Shown one piece after another: positions 35,289-43,949 of a stretch of 64,000 bases of DNA. Numbering within the stretch: position 1 is the first letter of the stretch; each line of letters begins with the position of its first letter. Below the pieces are notes generated by a model. The model was not told the origin of the DNA and searched no databases. It worked only from the letters and a program-made list of their open reading frames with translations. This DNA is from Actinomycetota bacterium (GTDB lineage Bacteria; Actinomycetota; Acidimicrobiia; Acidimicrobiales; VFJN01), in the NCBI GenBank assembly GCA_009886035.1, contig VFJN01000053.1, forward strand, positions 3,251 to 67,250, in the 5' to 3' direction. The position numbers and the translations under genes were made by a program.

Positions 35289-36869
35289 ATGGAGACGGGA
35301 GTCCGCGGTGACCTGCAGTGGGGCACGACCGCCAACCTCGTGCGCTCGGCGGCTGAGCGATTCGGCGCTCTGGAGGCGTTGGTGGATGGTGAAAAGCGCT
35401 TGTCCTTCAGCGAACTCGGCGCCGCCGTGCACGACGCCGGGCGGGCCTTTCTCGCCGCCGGTCTCGAGCCGGGCGACCGGGTGGCGATTTGGTCGCCCAA
35501 TGTGTGGGAGTGGGTGGTGGCGCTGCTCGGCCTGCAGTCGGCCGGTGGGGTCGTGGTGCCGATCAACACTCGCTACAAGGGTGCCGAGGCCGCCTTCGTC
35601 CTGCAGCGCAGCCGGGCGCGCCTGCTCATCACGGTGCAGGGTTTCTTGGGCAACGACTACCTCACGATGGTGGCTGACCAGGATCTCCCGGACCTGGAGC
35701 ACATCGTGGTGCTGCGGGGCGATGCGCCCGCGGGCACCATCACCTGGGCGGGGTTTCTGGCGTCGGGAGCTGCCGTGGATCCCTCGGCGCTCGATGAGCG
35801 GATGGCGACGCTGGGGCCCGACAGCGTGGCCGACATCCTTTTCACCTCCGGCACCACCGGGCAGCCCAAGGGGGTGGTGGGTACCCACGGTCAGGTGCTG
35901 CGAGGCTTTGCCGACTGGGCGGCGGTGATTGGTTTGCGGGCCGGCGATCGCTACCTGGTGATCAACCCCTTCTTTCATGCCTTCGGGTACAAGGCGGGCA
36001 TCGTGGCGGCCCTCACGGTGGGGGCCACCCTGGTGCCCCAGGCCGTGTTCGACATCCCGACGGCCATGGCGATGGTGGCCGCCCACGGCATCACGATGCT
36101 GCCGGGTCCGCCGGCGATCTATCAGACGTTTCTGAACCATCCCGACCTCGACCTCACCAAGATGCAGACCCTCCGCTTGGCCGTCACTGGGGCCGCCGCG
36201 GTGCCGGTGGAACTGGTGGAGCGAATGAAACACGAACTGGGTTTCGAGGTGGTGGTGACCGGCTACGGACTCACCGAGGTCTCCGGGATTGCCACGATGT
36301 GTCGGCACGACGACGACGCCCTCACCATTTCCACCACTTCGGGCCGGGCCATCCCCGGGGTCGAGGTGCTGGTGGTGGACCCCGCCGGCCTGGAGGTGCC
36401 CCGGGGCGAGGCCGGTGAGGTGGTGGTGCGTGGGTACAACGTGATGCGGGAGTACTTCGAAGATCCGGTGCAGACCGCCGAAGCCATCGATAACGATGGT
36501 TGGCTCCATACCGGCGATATCGGGGTGATGGACGACCGCGGCTATCTAGCCATCACCGATCGGATGAAAGACATGTTCATCACCGGTGGGTTCAACGTCT
36601 ACCCCGCCGAAGTGGAGCGCCTGCTCCTGTTGCACCCCGACATCGCGCAGGCGGCGGTGATCGGACTGGCCGATGAGCGGATGGGCGAGGTGGGTATGGC
36701 CTTTGTGGTGGCGTCGACGGGGGCGAACCCCACCCCGGAGGCGATCATTTCCTGGGCCCGCCACGAGATGGCCAACTTCAAGGTGCCCCGGCAGGTGCGC
36801 ATCGTGCCCACCCTGCCTATGAACGCCAGTAACAAGGTGCTCAAGACCGAACTGCGGCGGCAGGCGTAG
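35289..36869 (+). CDS. AMP-dependent acyl-CoA synthetase/ligase
   Basis: 526 aa from ATG 35289. FTSGTTGQPKG, GYGLTE, GWLHTGD and FKVPRQV. Confidence 0.9.
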   Translation: METGVRGDLQWGTTANLVRSAAERFGALEALVDGEKRLSFSELGAAVHDAGRAFLAAGLEPGDRVAIWSPNVWEWVVALLGLQSAGGVVVPINTRYKGAEAAFVLQRSRARLLITVQGFLGNDYLTMVADQDLPDLEHIVVLRGDAPAGTITWAGFLASGAAVDPSALDERMATLGPDSVADILFTSGTTGQPKGVVGTHGQVLRGFADWAAVIGLRAGDRYLVINPFFHAFGYKAGIVAALTVGATLVPQAVFDIPTAMAMVAAHGITMLPGPPAIYQTFLNHPDLDLTKMQTLRLAVTGAAAVPVELVERMKHELGFEVVVTGYGLTEVSGIATMCRHDDDALTISTTSGRAIPGVEVLVVDPAGLEVPRGEAGEVVVRGYNVMREYFEDPVQTAEAIDNDGWLHTGDIGVMDDRGYLAITDRMKDMFITGGFNVYPAEVERLLLLHPDIAQAAVIGLADERMGEVGMAFVVASTGANPTPEAIISWARHEMANFKVPRQVRIVPTLPMNASNKVLKTELRRQA

Positions 36870-36878
36870 CCTTTCGGT

Positions 36879-37562
36879 ATGTCCGAGATAAGCCCGCGGC
36901 GAAGGGTAGATGACCACAACGAGGAGTTACGGGCCGCCGACGGACGGGTGCCCGGCCGTCGAGGGCGCGCCACTCGGCAACGCCTCCTGGCCTGTACCCG
37001 CGACATGCTGACCAGCACCTCCTACCGCGATGTGAAGGTCATCGACATTGCTCGCGAGGCGGGTACCTCACCGGCCACCTTCTACCAGTACTTTGCCGAT
37101 GTAGAGGCGGCCACCTTGGTGGTGGCCGAGGAGATGGCGCAGCACGGGCAGCACCTCCGAGTGATCATCACGGAGGGATCGTGGGCGGAGGGCGAAGCGA
37201 TGGCCACCGCGCTCGACCTGGTGGACGCGTTCTTGGCGTTTTGGGATGACCATCGCTCCGTGTTGCGAGTGGTGGACCTCGCCACCGACGAAGGGGATGG
37301 CCGCTTCCAGAAGATTCGGGTACGCCTGCTCAACGACATCACCACTGCGCTAGCCGATGTGGTGCGGGAGGCCCAGAAGGGCCACCGGATCCCCACGGTC
37401 ATCGACCCGATGGCGGAGGCCGGGGTTTTGGTGGCCATGCTCGCTCACACCGCCACCCACCAGTACGGCTTCGAGTTTTGGGGAATCCGCACGGCGAAGT
37501 TACGCCAATCGATGGCCCGCCACGTGTCGTGGGGCGTCACCGGGATCATCCCGCCCGACTGA
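36879..37562 (+). CDS. TetR/AcrR family transcriptional regulator
   Basis: 227 aa. HTH VKVIDIAREAGTSPATFYQYFAD. Sits 9 nt after the ligase stop, and its own stop overlaps the next start (TGATG at 37560-37564). Confidence 0.85.
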   Translation: MSEISPRRRVDDHNEELRAADGRVPGRRGRATRQRLLACTRDMLTSTSYRDVKVIDIAREAGTSPATFYQYFADVEAATLVVAEEMAQHGQHLRVIITEGSWAEGEAMATALDLVDAFLAFWDDHRSVLRVVDLATDEGDGRFQKIRVRLLNDITTALADVVREAQKGHRIPTVIDPMAEAGVLVAMLAHTATHQYGFEFWGIRTAKLRQSMARHVSWGVTGIIPPD

Positions 37563-38449
37563 TGGAATCCTCGACGCGATCTGACGCCATTGCGCTGGGC
37601 CTCCTGCCTCCCTATCGCCTCGGGGTGGCCAGTGACCCTGCCTGGATGGGGGTGTTCGCGCGCCACGCCGATGAGAGTGGGTTCGAGTCGCTCCTGGCGG
37701 TGGAGCACGTGGTGGTGCCGGTGGGTCATGCCAGCCGCTACCCCTACAGCGAGACCGGACGTATGCCCTTACCCGACGATTGCGATCTGCCCGATCCGCT
37801 CGACCTGCTGGCCTGGTTGGCCGCTCGAACCGAGCGGATTCGGCTGGGTACGGGCATCCTCGTGCTCCCCGAGCACCACCCCCTCACGCTGGCCAAGCGC
37901 TGCGCCACCATTGATCGCCTCTCGGGGGGCCGGTTCTTTCTCGGGGTCGGCGTGGGCTGGAATCGCGAGGAGGTGGCGGCTCTGGGCATCGATCCAGACG
38001 AGCGCGGCACCCGCACCGATGAAGCCATCGATGCCCTCCGAGTGATCTGGCACGACGACACCCCTGAGTTCCGCGGGCAGCATTTCGCCTTCGCGCCGGT
38101 GCACAGCCACCCCAAGCCCGTCCAGGCCCGGATTCCGATCCTCGTGGGGGGCCATGCCCCCGCAGCCGCCCGGCGCGCCGGCGAGCGCGGTGACGGATTC
38201 TTTCCCCTCGGCCTGACCGGTGACCGGCTCGATGAGCGCTGGGCTCAGGTGCAGCAGGCGGCCATCGCGGCCGGCCGCAACCCGGCGTCGGTGTCGCTCA
38301 CCCTCGGCGGTGTGTTGGGCGACGACACCGCCATCGCCCGGGCGGCCGAACGGGGTGCCGAACGGGTCGTGCTCAGCCTCCGCACCGATGACCTCAACGC
38401 GGCCCGTCACGCCATGGATGCCGCCGTCGCCTTCCGCGACACCCTCTAG
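37562..38449 (+). CDS. luciferase-like monooxygenase (LLM) class, probable F420-dependent oxidoreductase
   Basis: 295 aa from ATG 37562. LGTGILVLPEHHPLTLAKRCATIDRLSGGRFFLGVGVGW and PILVGGHAPAAARRAGERGDGFFP. Confidence 0.8.
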   Translation: MESSTRSDAIALGLLPPYRLGVASDPAWMGVFARHADESGFESLLAVEHVVVPVGHASRYPYSETGRMPLPDDCDLPDPLDLLAWLAARTERIRLGTGILVLPEHHPLTLAKRCATIDRLSGGRFFLGVGVGWNREEVAALGIDPDERGTRTDEAIDALRVIWHDDTPEFRGQHFAFAPVHSHPKPVQARIPILVGGHAPAAARRAGERGDGFFPLGLTGDRLDERWAQVQQAAIAAGRNPASVSLTLGGVLGDDTAIARAAERGAERVVLSLRTDDLNAARHAMDAAVAFRDTL

Positions 38450-38586
38450 ATGCCCCCTCCGGTGACCATGAGCACGATGGCCGCCAGGGCCAGGATCATC
38501 CCGCGGCCCACCGCCGGGCCGGTCGCCGCCACCTTTTCCGCCCCACCGATGGGGTCACCCCCGTGCGGGTGGGTCTGGTAGACCAC
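38446..38586 (-). CDS. possible 46-aa small membrane protein (below ORF-track size cutoff)
   Basis: Minus-strand GTG (38586) to TAG (38446): VVYQTHPHGGDPIGGAEKVAATGPAVGRGMILALAAIVLMVTGGGI. 42 of 46 codons end in G/C, which is the coding-like GC3 level of neighbouring genes. The C-terminal 17 residues or so are hydrophobic. No SD, and an upstream in-frame stop lies only 2 codons before the GTG. Confidence 0.35.
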   Translation of the reverse strand: MVYQTHPHGGDPIGGAEKVAATGPAVGRGMILALAAIVLMVTGGGI

Positions 38587-38623
38587 GTTTTAGTTTTCGG
38601 GCCGCCAAGGAAAGGGGGGAGCC

Positions 38624-39541
38624 ATGGTCGCCTTCGGGATGCAGCTGCCGGTGCAGTCACAAAGCACCCTGTTCGCCCAGCCCTGGGAAGCGGCGGCCGG
38701 CGTGACCGAGATCGTGCAGGTGGCCCAGGCCTGCGAGGCGGCTGGCTTTGCCTACGTGGCGGTGTGTGATCACGTGGCCGTGCCCGCCCGCGTGGCCGAG
38801 TCGATGAGCACCGAGTGGTGGGACACCATCGCCACGCTCTCTTATCTCGCCGCCGTCACCGAGCGGGTACGCCTGCTCAGCCACGTCTACGTGTTGCCGT
38901 ACCGTCATCCGCTGGTGGTGGCCAAAGCGTGGGCCACTCTTGATGCGCTCTCGGGCGGGCGCGCCATCCTCGGCGTCGGCGCGGGCCATGTGGAAGGCGA
39001 GTTCGCCACTCTGGGCGTACCGTTCGCAGCGCGCGGCGCGCTCCTCGACGAATCTATCGATGCCCTCCGGGCGGCCTTCTCGGCCGAATTTCCCTCCCAC
39101 CATGGCCAGCACTGGCGCTTCGAGGGGGTGGGGCAACGTCCCCGGCCGGTCCAGGCCTCGCTCCCGATCTGGGTGGGGGGTTCGTCCAAGCCGGCCATGC
39201 GTCGTGCCGCTGAGCGGGGTGACGGATGGTTGCCCCAGGGGCCGCCAGAGGGTGGTATGGAAGCCGGCATTCGGTTCATCCGTGAGCACCGAGCCGCCAC
39301 TCGGGGCGATGACCCGATCGTGCTCGGCGCCCTGTCGGGTCCGCTCTTGGTGGGGGAGCCGGACTGGGATGCGCCGCGCTGCTTCCGGGGCGCACCCGCC
39401 AAGATCGCCGGGTACCTTCGCACCTACGCCGATCTTGGGGTAGATCAGATCCAGGTGAGCTTCGCCAGTCGCTCGGCCGGGGAACTGTGTGACCAGATCG
39501 CCGCCTTCGCGGCCGAGGTAGTCCCGCTCGTCAACCAGTAG
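38624..39541 (+). CDS. LLM class, probable F420-dependent oxidoreductase
   Basis: 305 aa with SD AAAGGGGGGA upstream. VCDHVAVP, LLSHVYVLPYRHPLVVAKAWATLDALSGGRAILGVGAGH and IWVGGSSKPAMRRAAERGDGWLP. Confidence 0.8.
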   Translation: MVAFGMQLPVQSQSTLFAQPWEAAAGVTEIVQVAQACEAAGFAYVAVCDHVAVPARVAESMSTEWWDTIATLSYLAAVTERVRLLSHVYVLPYRHPLVVAKAWATLDALSGGRAILGVGAGHVEGEFATLGVPFAARGALLDESIDALRAAFSAEFPSHHGQHWRFEGVGQRPRPVQASLPIWVGGSSKPAMRRAAERGDGWLPQGPPEGGMEAGIRFIREHRAATRGDDPIVLGALSGPLLVGEPDWDAPRCFRGAPAKIAGYLRTYADLGVDQIQVSFASRSAGELCDQIAAFAAEVVPLVNQ

Positions 39542-39547
39542 GAGAAC

Positions 39548-40333
39548 GTGATGCTGCTCGAGGGCAAGGTGGCCATCGTGTCCGGGATCGGTCCGGGCAT
39601 GGGGCGAGACGTTTCGTTGCAACTCGCCCAACACGGTGCCGACATCGTCTTAGGGGCGCGCCGCACCGAAACATCCGAAGAGGTGGCCGCAGAGATTCGC
39701 GCCCTGGGCGCCCGGGCGGAGGTAGTGGCCCTCGATATCACCGACCCAGCCATGTGCTCGGCGGCGGTCAGCACGGCGGTGGCGACCTTTGGGGGTCTCG
39801 ATATCCTCGTGAACAACGCCTTCCAGGACGGCAACCGGCGACAGTTCATGGACGCTCCGCTGGAAGAGTGGCGCCTCACGATGGACATCAACTTCTGGGG
39901 CACCCTGCAGATGACCCGGGCGGCGGTGCCCGCCATGATCGAGCGCGGGGGTGGTCGGATTGTGATGGTGAACTCCATGTCGGCTCACCGGATCCAAGCC
40001 CGTTCCGGTGCCTACGCCGCGTCCAAGGGCGCCTTGGAGACAGCCACCAAAACTCTGGCCACCGAACTCGGGGTGCATGGCATCCGGGTGAACGGGATTC
40101 ACCCGGGCTACATCTGGGGCGAGTCGGTGGAGTGGTATTTCAATTACCTGGGCGAGAAGCGCGGGATCAGCGGCGAGGAGGTGTATCGCGAGGTGGCGGA
40201 GGAGACGAGCCTCAAGTACCTGGCCCACTCCCGCGAGATCGCCGGGTCGGTGGTGTTTTTCGCGTCGGACCTCTCCAAGCCCGTCACCGGCCAGAGCCTC
40301 GACGTGAACTGCGGCCACTGGATGACACCGTGA
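39548..40333 (+). CDS. short-chain dehydrogenase/reductase
   Basis: 261 aa. VSGIGPGMGRD, NNAF, YAASKGAL (YxxxK) and PGYIWG. Confidence 0.9.
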   Translation: MMLLEGKVAIVSGIGPGMGRDVSLQLAQHGADIVLGARRTETSEEVAAEIRALGARAEVVALDITDPAMCSAAVSTAVATFGGLDILVNNAFQDGNRRQFMDAPLEEWRLTMDINFWGTLQMTRAAVPAMIERGGGRIVMVNSMSAHRIQARSGAYAASKGALETATKTLATELGVHGIRVNGIHPGYIWGESVEWYFNYLGEKRGISGEEVYREVAEETSLKYLAHSREIAGSVVFFASDLSKPVTGQSLDVNCGHWMTP

Positions 40334-40668
40334 TCAAACTGACGGTGCTGGTGAAGCGCAACCCGATCTTGTCGGTGGAAGAGTTCCATGAGCAATGGCG
40401 CCAACACGGCCGCATGATCGCCGACGAACCGGTGTTCTGCCGTTACATCAAACGCTATGAGCAGCATCACCGCGCCCTCAACGATTACCGCACCGGCGAC
40501 ACCTTCGATGGCATGGCCATCCAGTGGTACGACCACTTTTCGGACTTCATAGATCTCATCAGCACACCGGAATACACGGCCAAAATGCAGCCCGACGAAA
40601 CCCGTATCCTCGACCCGGGCGGCTTGGTGATCCTTTTCACCGAAGAGGCTGAAGTGTTCATCGCCTGA
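40330..40668 (+). CDS. EthD-domain (dimeric alpha/beta barrel) protein
   Basis: 112 aa from GTG 40330, with a GTGA overlap with the SDR stop. It is the tail of track ORF 39754..40668. IKLTVLVKRNPILSVEEFHEQWRQHG is typical of EthD family N-termini. Confidence 0.7.
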   Translation: MIKLTVLVKRNPILSVEEFHEQWRQHGRMIADEPVFCRYIKRYEQHHRALNDYRTGDTFDGMAIQWYDHFSDFIDLISTPEYTAKMQPDETRILDPGGLVILFTEEAEVFIA

Positions 40669-41222
40669 TGTCGATCACTCGCTGTTGGTGGTGCGGCGAG
40701 GATCCCCTGTACGTGGCGTATCACGACCACGAGTGGGGCACTCCGCAGCGCGATGAGCGAGCGCTGTTCGAGTTGCTCTGTCTCGAGGGATTCCAGGCCG
40801 GTCTGTCCTGGATCACCATTCTGCGCAAGCGGGAGGCCTTCCGAGCGGCCTTCGACGGTTTCCACATCGCCACCGTGGCGGCCTACGGCGACGCCGAAGT
40901 GGCGCGGCTGGTGACCGATGCCGGGATTGTCCGACACCAGGGCAAGATCGCCGCCACGATCGCCAACGCGCGGGCGGTGGAGGCCATGCATGGAGATGGC
41001 CGTACCCTGACGGAGTTGGTGTGGCGCCACGCGCCCCCCACCCGCGCCATCTGCCTTCTCACCGCCGCCGAGGTTCCCGCCGCCACCCCCGCATCGATGG
41101 CCCTGGCTCAGGCTCTGAAGCAGGAAGGTATGCGGTTCGTGGGTCCCACTACGGTGTACGCCTTCATGCAATCGGCCGGGTTGGTGAATGACCATCTGGC
41201 TGAGTGTTTCCGCTCCCTGTGA
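40668..41222 (+). CDS. tag: DNA-3-methyladenine glycosylase I
   Basis: 184 aa. CWWCGEDPLYVAYHDHEWGTP, LCLEGFQAGLSW and ITILRKREAFRAAFDGF are canonical Tag motifs. The start overlaps the EthD stop (TGATG). Confidence 0.9.
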   Translation: MSITRCWWCGEDPLYVAYHDHEWGTPQRDERALFELLCLEGFQAGLSWITILRKREAFRAAFDGFHIATVAAYGDAEVARLVTDAGIVRHQGKIAATIANARAVEAMHGDGRTLTELVWRHAPPTRAICLLTAAEVPAATPASMALAQALKQEGMRFVGPTTVYAFMQSAGLVNDHLAECFRSL

Positions 41223-41229
41223 CCAGCCG

Positions 41230-43119
41230 TTAGATCCGAGCGGCTACTGCCGCGGCGCTGGCGAAGGCGGCGGCAAGACCGCCGGGGCCATCTCTCTGGG
41301 CATCGCCGATCACGTGGAGTTCGGGATGAGTAGGCGGCGGCGGGCCAGAGTGGGGAACCATCCGCACCACGGTGGTCGCCCCGGTGGGGGCCGTCGCCTC
41401 GATGGTCACCCCGGCGCGCTCCGCGGCGGCCACGAGACGGAACCGTCCTGGCAGTCCTAACTCGGGAGCCAGGACCGGCGCGTCCGGAACGAGGGTGACG
41501 GTGAGACCATCGCGTCGTGCCCGCAGAGCCACCGACACGGCGGCTTTGTTGCTGCCGTGGATGGTGACCGGTCCGGCCAGTTGGGTCACCCCATCGAGCC
41601 ACGGTCGCAACACCGAATCCGCTGGCCATGATCGGCCGGTGGCCCACACCACTACGTCGGCGCCAACCTCGCCCTCCAGCGCGACGCCAAGGCGGATGGT
41701 CACCCCGGCGTCTTCGGCTCCGCCGATCAGCCAGGCCAGCAAACCGGCGAGGTCTGGGTCCGTTTCTTCGGCCAGGGCCAGGGCGCCGCCCAGTCGGTCA
41801 CTGGCCTCCCACAGTTCGACGGCGTGGCCGCGCTCGGCCAGGCGGCGGGCGCATTCGAGGCCGGCCGGTCCACCACCGGCCACCACCACCCGCCGGGCCG
41901 CCCCCGGCCGGGGCGGGGGCAGCGCCGACTCGTGGCCGGCCTCGGGATTGACTGAGCACTGCACCGGCGCATTTTGGAAGATGGCCCCGATGCAGCGGTA
42001 CTGGTAGGTGCAGGGGCGGATGCGATGCCGCTGGCCCGCCGCCAGTTTGGCGGGCAGGTCGGGATCGGCGATGAGGGGGCGGCCCAGGGCGATCACGTCG
42101 GCGAGGCCATCGGCCACGGCCTGCTCGGCGGCCTCGGGGGTGAGGCGGCCCATGGCGATCACCGGTACACCGAGGTGGCGGCGTACCCGGGCGGCGTCGG
42201 CCAGCAGTGCTCCCGGCTCGTGGGGGGTGTGACCATCGGTGATGCCGGTGGCCACCATCGGCTCGCCGTAGGCCGTCACATGGATGGCATCGAGGCCGGC
42301 CGCCAGGCCGAGTTCCATCGCGCTGAGGGCATCGTCGATCCGCTGCCCGTCGGCGCGGTGCGCCTCGAAGGTGCCCACCCGGGCCCACAGGGGGAAGGTC
42401 GGTCCCATCGCCCGGCGAACGGCCCGAATCACTTCCACGAACAGTTCGCAACGGGCGGCTAGCGATCCCCCCCAGCGGTCGCGGCGCTGGTTGCTATGGG
42501 GCGACAGGAACGCATGGAGCAAGTAGCCGTGGCCCGCGTGCAGTTCGATGGCGTCGAAGCCCGCCGCTTTCACGCGCCGGGCCGATTCGACGAAGCGGTC
42601 CACGACCCAAGCCAAGTCGTCGTCGCTGGCCTGCTGGACGCGGTAGGCGGCGGTGGGGGAGGCGAAGGGCGCCATCATCCCGGCTGATTCCTCGGCGGTA
42701 ACCATCGCCGAGAGGGCGTCGGGCGGTTCGGGGCGCTTCTTCGATGGGACGAGAAGCGGGCGGCCCTCGGCGATGTCGAGGAGGCTGTTACCTCCACCGT
42801 GTACGAGTTGGGCTGCCACCACGGCGCCGTGGCGATGGATGTCGCTGGTGAGACGGGTCAACCCCGGGAGTTGGGCATCATCGGAGGCGGCGATCTGGCG
42901 CCGGTCGAATGACGCGGTGGGATACGCCACGGCCACTGAACCCACGATGATCAGGCCGGTTCCACCGCGTGCCCGTGCCTCGAACCACGCCGATTGAGCA
43001 TCGCCGACGGTGCCATCGGGCTCGCCCAGGTTCACCCCCATGGGGCACATGGCGATGCGATTGCGCAAGGACAACGACCCGATTGCCCCGGGGGAAAAGA
43101 GGTGGGGGAAGGCGTTCAC
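41230..43119 (-). CDS. NADH:flavin oxidoreductase / 2,4-dienoyl-CoA reductase-like (OYE TIM barrel plus FAD/NAD(P)-binding domain)
   Basis: 629 aa from a GTG start. N-terminal LRNRIAMCPMG and ELHAGHGYLLHAFLSP. C-terminal dinucleotide fold VVVAGGGPAGLECARRLAERGHAVELWE. GTGA overlap with the upstream gene. Confidence 0.85.
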   Translation of the reverse strand: MNAFPHLFSPGAIGSLSLRNRIAMCPMGVNLGEPDGTVGDAQSAWFEARARGGTGLIIVGSVAVAYPTASFDRRQIAASDDAQLPGLTRLTSDIHRHGAVVAAQLVHGGGNSLLDIAEGRPLLVPSKKRPEPPDALSAMVTAEESAGMMAPFASPTAAYRVQQASDDDLAWVVDRFVESARRVKAAGFDAIELHAGHGYLLHAFLSPHSNQRRDRWGGSLAARCELFVEVIRAVRRAMGPTFPLWARVGTFEAHRADGQRIDDALSAMELGLAAGLDAIHVTAYGEPMVATGITDGHTPHEPGALLADAARVRRHLGVPVIAMGRLTPEAAEQAVADGLADVIALGRPLIADPDLPAKLAAGQRHRIRPCTYQYRCIGAIFQNAPVQCSVNPEAGHESALPPPRPGAARRVVVAGGGPAGLECARRLAERGHAVELWEASDRLGGALALAEETDPDLAGLLAWLIGGAEDAGVTIRLGVALEGEVGADVVVWATGRSWPADSVLRPWLDGVTQLAGPVTIHGSNKAAVSVALRARRDGLTVTLVPDAPVLAPELGLPGRFRLVAAAERAGVTIEATAPTGATTVVRMVPHSGPPPPTHPELHVIGDAQRDGPGGLAAAFASAAAVAARI

Positions 43120-43883
43120 CAGAGGTCATCGGTGTAGGTATCGGTGCCGGGGATGGTGGGGATGAACGGGGCCGACCAGAGCACCTCGCCCACTCCATCG
43201 TCGTGAAGAAGGCGGGCCGCCGCTTGCCGCTCTTGGTGGGCGATGGCCGGATCAGTGGTGCTGAAAGAAAGGGTGAGGAGGCAGTCTTCCAGGCCGTCTT
43301 GGCCCTGCTGGGCCACCGGCGCGTTGGCCGGCAGCGGAATGGGGGTGAAGCCCACCTCGAGTTCGGGGTGGAACGTTGTGTGCAGGTAGGTGCCCAAGGC
43401 TTCGGCCGTTACGCCCTCACCAGGACGCACCAGGGTGGCGGTCATGGCGCTGAAGGGGTGATCGAGGGCGAGCTCGGCGGGGACGGAATTGTCCTCGGCG
43501 GCGGTGAAGGCATGGCGGTACATGAGGGTGTGGATGTGGTCACGCTCGGCGAACATCCGTCCGTTGGCGTGGAGCCAGTGCACCTGCCGCAGGGCCCAGT
43601 CGACGTGGTCGTCGTGGTGCCCCTCGAGGATCCAGTAAACGGCCACATAGGAGCCAGCACCGATGCCCCCGAATCGGTTGGCATCGGTGCCGTAGCGGAG
43701 GTCTTTGAGGGGTCGTGTGGCCACGAAACGGCGCCCGGCGAACAGCCACGGTCCCACCATGCATCCGGCATAGAAGTGATCACGCTCGTACCAGCGGTTG
43801 TAAGCCACTTCGTGGCCCCGGTGGGGTTCCACCAGCGTGAAGAGCATCGACCCCAACCGCACGTCGCCTCCGATGTCACCCAT
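43116..43883 (-). CDS. conserved-looking hypothetical protein (no family assigned)
   Basis: 255 aa with high GC3. Translationally coupled to the FadH-like gene. Notable segment EVAYNRWYERDHFYAG. I cannot name a family with confidence. Confidence 0.6.
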   Translation of the reverse strand: MGDIGGDVRLGSMLFTLVEPHRGHEVAYNRWYERDHFYAGCMVGPWLFAGRRFVATRPLKDLRYGTDANRFGGIGAGSYVAVYWILEGHHDDHVDWALRQVHWLHANGRMFAERDHIHTLMYRHAFTAAEDNSVPAELALDHPFSAMTATLVRPGEGVTAEALGTYLHTTFHPELEVGFTPIPLPANAPVAQQGQDGLEDCLLTLSFSTTDPAIAHQERQAAARLLHDDGVGEVLWSAPFIPTIPGTDTYTDDLW

Positions 43884-43932
43884 GGCGCGGGATCCTACGA
43901 CCTCCCCCGTCGCTCCCGGTCCCGCGCTCCAT

Positions 43933-43947
43933 CCCCCCGAGGGGGGG
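43933..43947 (-). terminator. C6-GA-G7 hairpin directly after the amidohydrolase stop; U-tract-less terminator/attenuator candidate
   Basis: CCCCCCGAGGGGGGG is seen in the sequence between the stop at 43950-43952 and the next start at 43883. Confidence 0.3.
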
Positions 43948-43949
43948 AG

